DNA from: Hemiscyllium ocellatum
Taxonomy: Eukaryota
Direction of reading: 5' to 3'
Assembly: GCF_020745735.1 (NCBI RefSeq)
Contig: NC_083404.1
Coordinates: 100,191,731-100,255,730, forward strand
Length of the DNA stretch: 64,000 nucleotides
A program made the position numbers and the translations under genes. Below the pieces are notes generated by a model, which worked only from the letters and a program-made list of their open reading frames with translations, did not search any database and was not told the DNA's origin. Shown piece after piece: positions 26,020 to 37,417 of this stretch (the first letter of the stretch is position 1; every line of letters starts with the position of its first letter).

Positions 26020-26410
26020 ATGGGACTTCTTTCTTTGGAGTGTAGAAGGTTAAGGGGTGACCAAATTGAGGTTTATGAAATCATGAGGACTTTAGATAAG
26101 GTGAATAGCAAGTGTGTTTTCCCTAAGGTAGGGGATTTCAAGACTAAGGTGCATATTTTTAAGGTGAGGGGAGAACAATGTGAGGGGCAACCTTTTTATA
26201 TATAGTGTGGAATGAACTTCCCCAAAGGAAGTGGCAGATGTAGGTATAGTGACAAAGTTTAAAATACATTTGGGTAAGTGTACATGAATAAGAAATATTC
26301 ATACGGGGATACGGGCCAAGCACAGGCAAGTGGGACTAATTTATTTTGGGATTATGATCGGCATGGATTGGTTGGAATGAAGACTCTGTTTCCATCCTGT
26401 ATGACTCTGT
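26020..26410 (+). mobile_element. CR1 3' fragment
   Basis: LGLLSLECRRLRGD.IEVY.IM.. and a tatgactc tail. Similar fragments at 27510-27760, 38110-38480 and 39330-39700. Confidence 0.75.
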
Positions 26411-28384
26411 GATTCGGTTGCAGCTTGTCTTTAACTAATGGCATTTATAAAATATGAATTGCTAACTCTACATATTAAACTATATACTTCTTCAATTTCC
26501 CTCTTCACAAACAAAGACAGTAAAGATATGGATGGTAAGGATGAGAAAAGAAAAAATAAATCAGGACAATGTAGTTCAATGGCATCAATCTGGATCATGG
26601 TTCAATGTGTTGTTTCTTTTTCTTCCTTTCTTTTCAGTTCTTTGCTGCTGACACACTCTTGTCTGCACACTCTGAAAGTATGAAGGCTCTGAGGGTCACT
26701 TGACCTGAAAAGTTAACTCTGCTTTCACTCCACAGATGCTGCCAGACCTACTGAGTTTCTCCAACAATGTCTGGTATTGTTTGCACGCATTCTGTCTTTT
26801 ACGTATCGATTATAAATTTGTCCTTTCACTGTCTTTGAAGGCATTTTATTCCTTCAACAAGGAATTTGCAGAGAAATGTGAGTGAAAGGTGTCCAGCTGT
26901 TACTGGAAACATTCTAGTAACCTCCACATCAGAGAGACAGACAGACAGAGAGAGAGAGAGAGACAGAGAGCTTTCACTGCTCTCTCTTTGCAGACTAGGT
27001 GGTTCTCTGCTGCACTAGCCCCCACCCAAGCCATAATTACCTGCTCAGGGCTGATCAGAACATTATTGCTTCAATCATAGAATCTCTACAGTACAGAAAA
27101 ATGCCACTCAGTCAATTGAGCCTGTACCAACCTACAAAGAGCATTCCACTCAGACCCTCATAATCCAACTAGACTGTACATCCCTGAACAATACAATTTG
27201 GCAATTCAGTATAGTTAATCCACCTAACCTCACACAACTGTGGAAAGAAATGGAGCACCCAGAGAGAATGGACACAGGAGAACATATAAACTCCAGGCAG
27301 TCACTCAAGGTTAGAATCAAACCCAGATCACTGAGTCACAGTGCTGCCTTGTCAAACAGCTCTCCACTAGTTCTGCTCAATGATGACTGCTTTAGCCCTC
27401 ACTGTTCAATGAAAGCAAGATTAGATACGACTCACAATATGCTTCAATAAATGTGCTTTTTAAAATTCCAGTATTCGCTTTGCACTGTCACTGGACTTCA
27501 GTAGAATAGAGAGAGATCTCATATAAGCCAAGAATATTCTAACATGCTTAGACAGGATAGATGCAGGAAGGATGTTCCTGATGACAGCAGAGTCCAGAAC
27601 TAGGGGTCACAGTCTAAGGATACAGGTAGGCCATTTGGGATTGAGATGAGGAGAAATTTTTCACCAGGGAGTGGTGAGCCTGTGGAATTTTCTACCACAG
27701 AAAACAGACAAGGCCAAAACATGATTTTAAGAAGGTATTGATTATAACACTCGGAGCTAAAAGATAGTTTCTCAAGCCCGATAGACTGGTGTTAATGAAC
27801 TGTGTTTCCCCAGTGTTTTTCATTCCACCCATATTGCCAATTTATTTGTCTGTGTGTCTGCATGAGTGTGTAGGGGTTTGGGGGAGGTTGGTTAGCTCAG
27901 CTGATTGGATGGCTGGTTTGCGATGCAGAGTGAGATCAACAGCATAGCTTCAATTTCTGCACCAGCTGAGCTCACCATGAAGTTCCCACTTTCTCAACCT
28001 TACCCTTCATCTGAGGCATGGTGACCCTTACATCAAACCACCACCAGTCAATTCTCTCTAATGAGAGAATAGCCCTATGATACTCTGGGACTATGCTGAA
28101 TTTATTTGTTTAGGTCTTTAAAAAATGGGGTACAGTATCAAATAATAGAGTTATTTGGATGATATATTTGACAGTTCAGAATTTTGTTTACCTATGCCTT
28201 ACTTATTTGTAAGAAACAGTAGGTTCTGTTAAGTGCAAGAACCTGGTAAATGTTTACTGTTAATCTTATACAATCAGACAGATTAATTTGGAACCATATG
28301 TCCTTTGATTAAATTGTTAACTTTTATGGAGAATAGTGAAGTACAAGAATCAGTGCATTTTCTCAAGTTGGTCCAAACAGAAGC

Positions 28385-29324
28385 TCCTCCAACCGCCACC
28401 AAGACAGAACCCCACTGGTTCTCACCTACCACCCCACCAACCTGCGCATACAACGTATTATCCGCCGCCATTTCCGCCACCTCCAAACGGACCCCACCAC
28501 CAAGGATATATTTCCCTCCCCTCCCCTATCAGCGTTCCGCAAGGACCACTCCCTTCGTGACTCCCTTGTCAGATCCACACCCCCCACCAACCCAACCTCC
28601 ACCCCCGGCACCTTCCCCTGCAACCGCAGGAAATGTAAAACTTGCGCCCACACCTCCACACTCACTTCCCTCCAAGGCCCCAAGGGATCCTTCCATATCC
28701 GCCACAAGTTCACCTGTACCTCCACACACATCATCTATTGCATCCGCTGCACCCGATGTGGCCTCCTCTATATTGGTGAGACAGGCCGCTTACTTGCGGA
28801 ACGCTTCAGAGAACACCTCTGGGCCGCCCGAACCAACCAACCCAATCACCCCGTGGCTCAACACTTTAACTCCCCCTCCCACTCCACCGAGGACATGCAG
28901 GTCCTTGGACTCCTCCACCGGCAGAACACAACTACACGACGGCTGGAGGAGGAGCGCCTCATCTTCCGCCTGGGAACCCTCCAACCACAAGGTATGAATT
29001 CAGATTTCTCCAGCTTCCTCATTTCCCCTCCCCCCACCTTGTCTCAGTCGGTTCCCTCAACTCAGCACCGCCCTCCTAACCTGCAATCCTCTTCCTGACC
29101 TCTCCGCCCCACCCCACTCCGGCCTATCACCCTCACCTTGACCTCCTTCCACCTATCCCACCTCCATCGCCCCTCCCCCTAGTCCCTCCTCCCTACCTTT
29201 TATCTCAGCCGGCTTGGCTCTCTCTCTCTTATTCCTGATGAAGGGCTTATGCTCGAAACGTCGAATTCTCTATTCCTGAGATGCTGCCTAACCTGCTGTG
29301 CTTTGACCAGCAACACATTTGCAG
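28385..29324 (+). mobile_element. Young Penelope family-A element, second 5'-truncated copy
   Basis: Almost identical to 15957-16898. 12-bp TSD ccaaacagaagc at 28373-28384 and 29325-29336. Confidence 0.93.
29231..29266 (+). ncRNA. Minimal hammerhead ribozyme motif (intact)
   Basis: Identical to 16805-16840. Predicted cleavage after 29262. Confidence 0.8.
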
Positions 29325-29670
29325 CCAAACAGAAGCAGGCAGACCAACCAGCATGGACCTGTGTCAACAATGATATTTAAAGTGGCCACAGGAACATGGA
29401 TATCCCAGAAACAGATACAGCTGCTTCAACAATGTCAGAGTTTGAGACAGCAGAAGAACAGATGAGTAAGTAATGGGAATTTCTCTCTCATCTCTTGTGC
29501 CTAGATATTGCATTAAAGTAAGGCCCTATGAGACATTGTGTTTCTTTAGGTTAAAGGTAAGTAAAGGTTATCTTTACTACTCACTCACCAGCTTATTATT
29601 GTTTCTTACAAATAATAATAATCAATACTGGGTTCCTGTTCATTCATATTTCTTTACTAACCTGTTATTT

Positions 29671-29773
29671 AGAGCTGAAAATGTGTTTCTGGAAAAGCGC
29701 AGCAGGTCAGGCAGCATCCAAGGAACAGGAGAATCGACGTTTCGGGCATGAGCCCTTCTTCAGGAATGAGGAG
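29671..29773 (-). mobile_element. Penelope family-A terminal fragment with intact HHR
   Basis: Minus strand reads attc CTGAAGA A GGGC TCAT GCCC GAAA CG TC at about 29733-29767. Confidence 0.8.
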
Positions 29774-31507
29774 ATACTCTCCGTGTGTCTGCGAGAATTT
29801 CAAGTCAGAAACTCTTGAAATATTTCAGTGTATTTAGATAGTCATTTGCGTTGTTACAGCCTCCCCACCCAAGAAATGAAAGTTAGGATTAGTGGAGTCA
29901 AAACTTTGTTAACCAGTGAGGGCATGATGGGTCAAAATGGACACCTTCTGTGCTGTAAATGTCTACTAATTTATAACACCAGAACATTATTTGGTAAATT
30001 ATGGAGTCAGTTCCTATTTTGCATTCTTTTTCAAAAAGCAGTGAATGAGTCTGGTTCATAATGTGTCTGCAGGTTATCGGTATCAGCAACAATTCCACAT
30101 TGAATTATGGAAAGCACCAAGCATTTGACATAGAACAGCTTTGAAACCCACTTAATAGAGTGCTGTAGCTTGATTCAAGTGCCAAAGTTTGTATTACAAT
30201 AATCAAATAACAACAATAAATTAGCATATGCTGTTAGCAGCTCTACAGTGGGCTTATAGACAAAGATGTTTCTTGAAGCTCATAGTTCAATACCAGTGCA
30301 GGGAAACACCACAATGTAAGTCAGCACATAGCTCTGCAGAAATATGATGCTTAAACCCTATAGCCTGGAGGAAATCCATGCAGTAATCTCTGTGGCATGG
30401 ATTTCACCTTTCCTGACATTTATTTATTTTTGGATGCCAGGCTAAGGGACTTTCCAGGAATGCAGCAACATTGATGTCATCAAATAGGATCAGCAGTCTA
30501 TCACAATGATGATTTCTCACAGTTACCAAACAAGGAAATTAAAGGTACTGTTCAATTTTTATCATAATTTTCCAGCATGTTAAGGCAGAAAATATGCAGC
30601 AAGACCTGGGACAACACCTTGGTTTGGGCTAACAAGTGACAAGTAATACTTGCACCACACAAGTGATAGGCAATGACAATCTCCAAAGAGACCATCCGAA
30701 TATCATGTTCAAACATTCAATTGCATCATCATTAATGAATCCCCAACCACCAACATCCTGGAGTTTATCATTGATCAGAAACTAAACAGGACTAGTGTAC
30801 AAGAGCAGGTCAGGGGCTTGGCATCCTGCAGCAAGTAGCTCATCTTCTTACTCTTCAAAGTCTGTCAACCATCTCCAAGGCACAGATCAGGAATGTGATG
30901 GAATATTCCCCAGTTGTCTGGATGAGTACAGCTCCAACATTCAAGAACCTTGACAAAGCAGCCTGTTTTTCTGGCATCATATCTACAACATTCAGTCTCT
31001 TCATCACTGACACTCAGGAGTAGCAGTCTGTACTATATATAAGATGCACTTCTAAAATTCATTAGACATCACCTTCTAGACCCACTACCATCTAGAAGGA
31101 GAATGGTAGCAGATGTGTGCAATTTGTAAGTGCCCCTCTAAGTCACTCAACATCCTGACTTGGGAAGTATATTGCCTTTCTTTCAGTGTTGCTGGGTCAA
31201 AATTTTGGAATTCTTCCCTAATGATATTTTGGTCTACCTATACGAAGTGGACTGCGGTTCAAGAAGGTATTTCACCATTACCTTCTCAAGGGAACGAGGA
31301 ACAGACAATAAAAGTTGGCTAAGCTGATAATGTCCATATCAGATGAATGAATGAATAACAAAAAGATAAAATGTCACAAACCACCTTAAAAAAAACAATT
31401 ATTTTTAAAATATGTGGAGTACTTTTATTCTAACGGAGAAATTTGACATCTCACAAATGACTCAGGGCAGGTGAGGATGTTTATCTATACCTGTGAACTT
31501 AACATTT

Positions 31508-33023
31508 TGTTGTGGTTCTGTTCGACGAGCTGGGAGTTTTTGTTGCAAACGTTTCATCCCCTTTCTAGGTGACATCCTCAGTGCTTGAGAGCCTCCTGTG
31601 AAGCGCTTCTGTCATGTTTCCTTCGGCATTTATAGTGGCTTGTCTCTGCCGCTTCCAGTTGTCAGTTCCTGTCTGCTGCAGTGGCCGGTATATTGGGTCC
31701 AGTTAGATGTGTTTGTTGATAGAATCAGTGGATGAGTGCCATGCCTCTAGGAATTCCTTGGCTGTTCTCTGTTTGGCTTGCGCTATAATAGTAGTGTTGT
31801 CCCAGTCGAATTCATGTTGTTTGTCGTCTGTGTGTGTGGCTACTAAGGATAGCTGGTCATGTCGTTTCGTGGCTAGTTGGTGTTCATGGATGCGGGTTGT
31901 TAGCTGTCTTCCTGTTTGTCCTATGTAGTGTTTTGTGCAGTCCTTGCATGGGATTTTGTATACTACGTTGGTTTTGCTCATGCTGGGTATCGGGTCCTTC
32001 GATCTGTTGAGTTGTTGTCTGAGAGTGTCTGTTGGTTTGTGTACTGTCATGAGTCCTAGTGGTCACAGCAGTCTGGCTGTCAGTTCGGAAATGCTCCTGA
32101 TGTATGGTAGTGTGGCTAGTCCTTTGGATTGCGGCATGTCCTTGTTCCGCTGTCTTTCCCTTAGGCATCTGTTGATGAAATTGCAGGGTATCAGTTTTTG
32201 GTGAATACCTTGTATAGTGTTCTTCTTCCTCTTTTTGCAGTTCTGGTGTACTGCAGTGTGTTGTGGCCCTTTTGAATAGTGTCCTGATGCAACTTCGTTT
32301 GTGTGTGTTGGTGTGGTTGCTTTCATAGTTCAGGACTTGGTCTGTGTGTGTGGCTTTTCTGCATATCTTCGTGCAGAATTCTCCGTTCGGTGTTCCCTGT
32401 ACCATCACGTCTAGGAATGGGAGCTGGTTATCCTTTTCTTCCTCTCTCGTGAATCTGATTCCTGTGAGTCTGGCGTTGATGATCCGTTGTGTGCTCTCTG
32501 TTTCTGTGTTTTTAATGATTACAAAGTTGTCGTCCACATATCTGATCCAGAGTTTGGGTTGTATTTGTGGTAAGACTGTTTGTTCTAACCTTTGCATTAC
32601 TGCCTCTGCTATGAGTCCAGAGATTGGTGAGCCCATGGGTGTGCCGTTGATTTGTTCGTATATCTGGTTGTTGAATGTGAAGTGTGTTGTGAGGCACAGG
32701 TCCAGTAGTTTAAGTATGCCGTCTTTGTTAATGGGTTCAACGTCCTGTTGCCTGTTCAGTATGTCCAGCAGGTTGGATATTGTTTCTCTGGCTAGGGTTT
32801 TGTCGATAGAGGCGAACAGTGCCGTTACATCGAATGAGACCATGGTTTCTTCCTTGTCTATGTGTATATTTCTGATGATGTCCAAGAGTTCTTGTGTGAC
32901 TGTATAGAGTGTCTGGATCTGCTGATCAGGTGTTTCAGTTTCTGCTGTAGCTCTTTAGCCAGTTTGTGTGATGGTGTTCCTGGTAGTGATACGATGGGTC
33001 TGAGTAGGATGTCTGGTTTGTGC
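31508..33023 (-). mobile_element. Poseidon/Penelope-type PLE, left arm (RT, GIY-YIG, HHR; frameshifted)
   Basis: MVSFDVTALF, GTPMGSPISG, WIRYVDD, QLPFLDV and VVYKIPCKDCTKHYIGQTGR. HHR at 31545-31584. Confidence 0.92.
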
Positions 33024-34307
33024 ACCCTAGCCAGAGAAACAATATCTAACCTGCTGGACATACAGAACAGGCAACAGGACGTTGAACCTATTAACAAAGA
33101 CGGCATACTTAAACTACTGGACCTGTGCCTCACAACACACTTCACATTCAACAACCAGATATACGAACAAATCAACGGAACACCCATGGGCTCACCGATC
33201 TCTGGACTCATAGTAGAAGCAGTAATGCAAAGGTTAGAACAAACAGTCTTACCACAAATACAACCCAAACTCTGGATCAGATATGTGGACGACACCTTTG
33301 TAATCATTAAAAACACAGAAATAGAGAACACACACGGGATCATCAACGCCACACTCACAGAAATCAGATTCACGAGAGAGGAAGAAAAGGACAACCAGCT
33401 CCCATTCCTAGACATGATGGTACAGGGAACACCGAACGGAGAATTCTGCACGAAGGTATACAGAAAAGCCACACACACAGAGCAAGTCCTGAACTATGAA
33501 ATCAACCACCCCAACACACACACAAACGAACTTGCATCAGGACATTATTCAAAAGGGCCACAACACACTGCAGCACACCAGAACTGCAAAAGAGGAAGAA
33601 GAACACTATACAAGGTATTCACCAAAAACGGATACCCGCGCAATTTCATCAACAGATGCCTAAGGGAAAGACAACGGAACAAGGACATGCCGCAACCCAA
33701 AGGACTAGCCACACTACCATACATCAGGAGCATTTCTGAACTGACAGCCAGACTGCTGCGACCACTAGGACTCATAACAGCACACAAACCAATAGACACT
33801 CTCAGACAACAACTCACCAGATCGAAGGACCCGATACCCAGCATGAGCAAAAGCAATGTGGTTTACAAAATCCCATGCAAGGACTGCACAAAACACTACA
33901 TAGGACAAACAGAAAGACAGCTAACAACCTGCATCCATGAACACCAACTAGCCACGAAAAGGCCACGACCAGCTGTCCTTAGTAGCCACACACGCAGATG
34001 ACAAACAACATGAATTCGACTGGGGTAACACTACTATTATAGGACAAGCCAAACAGAGAACAGCCAGGGAATTCCTAGAGGCATGGCACTCATCCACTGA
34101 TTCTATCAACAAACACATCGACCTGGACCCAATATACCGGCCGCTGGAACTGACAACCGGAAGCGGCAGAGACAAGCCATTATAAATGCCGGAGGAAACA
34201 TCACAGAATCGCTTCACAGGAGGCTCCCAAGCACTGAGGATGTCACCTAGAAATGGGATGAAATGTTTGCAACAAAAACTCCCAGCTTGGCGAACAGAAC
34301 CACAACA
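33024..34307 (+). mobile_element. Poseidon/Penelope-type PLE, right arm (inverted duplicate)
   Basis: Reverse complement of 31508-32798 with the same RT and GIY-YIG motifs. HHR gca CTGAGGA T GTCACC..GGGAT GAAA TG TT tgc at 34231-34270. Confidence 0.92.
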
Positions 34308-34733
34308 GTGTCCAACTGCCATATTTGTAAAAAAAATGATAGAACAGGCTTGACAGGTTGAATGGTCTGTTCTTGTTCTTCTGACCTTTCGTCTCTAAGA
34401 AAGCATTTCAAAACATATTGCAAAGTCTTCAGAAACTTTATGAGGTAGAAAACAGATCTTTTTACTTGAATAAAAATAAGATGTGGAAACTTGAAGTTAA
34501 AGAAGAAGAAAATAATTCGTGATTATAGGTCCCAACACACTGTCAATGGGGAGAAAGGGTTGCACTGTTGGTAGGGTCTTAGAGTGTGAGGCTGCTTGAA
34601 TCATGCTGCTGTAGGTAAAGGTACTGGAGATGAAACTCCATCTATTGGCAGATGTTTGCAGCCGCATGAGCAACTGTGAAACAATGAAGATGCCTGTACA
34701 AGGAGTGGAGAATACTGATATATTACAGATTGA

Positions 34734-34868
34734 AGAAGGGCTCCTGAAGAAGGGATCATGCTCGAAATGACGATTCTCCTGCTCCTTGGATGCTGCCTGA
34801 CCTGCTGCGCTTTTCCAGCAACACATTTTCAGCTCTGATCTCCAGCATCTGCAGTCCTCACTTTCTCC
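34734..34868 (+). mobile_element. Penelope family-A HHR terminal insert
   Basis: CTGAAGA A GGGA TCAT GCTC GAAA followed by the family-A tail. 13-bp TSD tattac(a/g)gattga at 34721-34733 and 34869-34881. Confidence 0.8.
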
Positions 34869-36597
34869 TATTACGGATTGAGCCAATGCTGTGGTTCCGG
34901 TTTCTGCACCAGGACTCCTATTCCTTTGGTAGTGTGTGCACGTTTTCCATAAACTGGCACTTAAGGTGACTGCTCCCTGCTGAGTCTTACTGCTTTGTAC
35001 CTCCAGCCATCTGTTTTCCCTGCCTCCTAATAATAGCTTCGATTTATGAGCTGAGACTGCCTGCTCCAGACCACATTGTGCTGTCTTTCATTTGGATTCT
35101 GCTTCCACTGCCAAGACATTGCACACAAAGAAGACAGGCAGTTTTCTTTTTTAGGAATAAAATCAGAAAGTCCTGCAAACACTCAGAAGGTCTAGTAGCC
35201 CTTGAAGAGAGAGAAATAGAGTGAATATTTCACATCAATAATTGCTCATCAGAACTGCAAAACCTTAAAGCTACTGGAGGTTTTAAGCAATTACAGAGCA
35301 GGAAAAAAAGGAAAGAACAAAATGGATTATGAAACATGTCTTAACAATTCACTTATAAATTTTGGTATGATCAGGCAGTGACAACATGCTTTACAAATGG
35401 GAACTCATGTTTATCAAAACTGAATGGTGAGGTCAAACACTATGCTGTCTGTGCTGACACTAATACCTTCCAGGCACATGTTTCTCCAAGGCTTGCATGG
35501 TCTGGTAGGGATGAGAATAGCCACCTCTGGGTCTAATTGAAAGGGACTATTGTAATAAATAAGGCATAATTTATTGCATCTCTACAACTATCTCCATGTA
35601 CAAGGATATGGCATGTTATATTAAAGAGACTGGAGACCTAAGACTTATAATACAAACCTAAGGGACTCCAATAAGAACCTTTGTTATCCTGCCCACCAGT
35701 CCTCCTGACATCACCAAAGGGTGATGCTTATGGGATTCATACAGTATTAACCCCTTTAGATTCTTTCAGACCTTCATGTAGCATCAAATTCACAAAATAA
35801 TTTTTGAGGATCTAACTTCTTGGTAGATGTAAAGGATCCAGTAATTTCTTTTCTTTACTCATTCACAGAACGTGAGTATCAGATATTGCAGAGAAAAAAA
35901 AACACTCATTGGGACAATTCACATGAATTATCAATGCTGTATTAGCCTCGCCCCAGAACTGATATCCATATACCGACATTAATCATTTGTATGATAAGTT
36001 TAGCTAGGTAAAAAGGGCTGTACATCCCAAACACTTATGGTTCATGTCAAACTGCATATCCTTCTGGCTGTTCACTGCAAGCAGCTGTTGACCATGCCAA
36101 ATCAATCTGTGGTTGCAAACCTCATAACACAGTGCCCAATATAGATGTCATTCTGTGAATGGGTAACATATGCTAAAATATCCTGAGTGTGCACACAATT
36201 ATGCTGATAGCCAATTTAGGATTGCCAGTCTCAGTGTGGTGCACTTGCATGATCTGAAGACTGCACATCTTAATGCACAGGGCTCTGTTTTCTGCAGACA
36301 GAAAGAACATGTGCCTCTTTTAAATCAACAAAATCGATCACAGCCATTGTTTGTTCCATTTGATTTGTCCAACTTGAGTTAACTGGCCTGATTTAAAACT
36401 CCAACAAAGTATAGCAATTATCTGTCAGTCATCATTTATCTGGTACATTTTCCATGGCAAAACCTCCACCAACTAAATCTTCTTACTAATCAATTAGCAT
36501 TCTCCTCTTGGAAATGTGTAAAGTTCTGAGCAAAAAATGAAAAGCTTCTATAAAATGAGTCTTTTTTTCAGATGTACTCAAGATCTGTGCAGCAGAT

Positions 36598-36637
36598 AAA
36601 TTAATTAATTAATTAATTAATTAAACAAATAATTAAA
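36598..36637. repeat. (TAAT)n self-complementary microsatellite
   Basis: aattaattaattaattaattaattaa is directly visible. Confidence 0.9.
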
Positions 36638-36714
36638 TGGTCTGTTTCTACACTGTAGGGATTTTATGATTCTATGACAAGTCTTCCTCCCTCCCCATTT
36701 TGCTCCTTAGTTAC

Positions 36715-37417
36715 TGTTATGAAGATTTGGGTATACTGTACCTTTAAGTGTTAAAGCTAGCAGTGACAGCACCAAATGTTCTCAATAAGACACAATGTAA
36801 CATGTGCTCCAGCATAGCTGGTTGCCTGGAAACAACAAAAAAAAATTTGAATTAGAGCAATCAGTTTAAATTATACCCCAAAACTACCAAATTCCAATCA
36901 AGTTTGTATTGAGTATATTAACAATCTTAAAAGCCAATGACACAATCTGATGCTCTGGGGTATAAGACTGGAGAAAACTTGAACAGTTGGGAGGAGAACT
37001 GCCAAGATGCCAGCATGTAAAAAGCCTGCCTGAAAAATATCTCACTTAAAAGTATCTTTATCGATCAGTAACCTGTGAAGCAGAAATCCCTAAGAAGAAG
37101 AAAATAAGATTTAGGAAGATCCAAATAGAAAAACCGAAGCTGTCTTTTTGAGATAAGAAGTTTTGTTTTGTAAATCTTAATTGGGAGTTTTATCGGACTA
37201 GTATTATAGAAGGGAAGGTAAAAAATAGGTTAGAGTAAGGACTTGTGAATATAACTTGTTAGTTGATTATACTCTGTTATGCTTTAAGAAATTAAGTTGT
37301 TAATTTTTACTTTAAATAGTATTTGGCCACTTGAATTTTTACAGATGACTGCAGAGGATAAATCTTCTGTGTTGCTGGTTTTAAATTAAGAAGGAAGGCT
37401 TACCCCATGTTATAACA
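36715..37417 (+). mobile_element. Solo LTR (about 700 bp)
   Basis: TGTTAT...ATAACA terminal inverted ends, flanks (g/a)ttac, and an internal tataa at about 36961. Confidence 0.6.

Noticed and set aside
32862-34001. 379-aa intact reverse transcriptase gene
   Set aside because: It is a chimera across the inversion junction, lacks the RT N-terminus, and contains compensating frameshifts and a truncated endonuclease.
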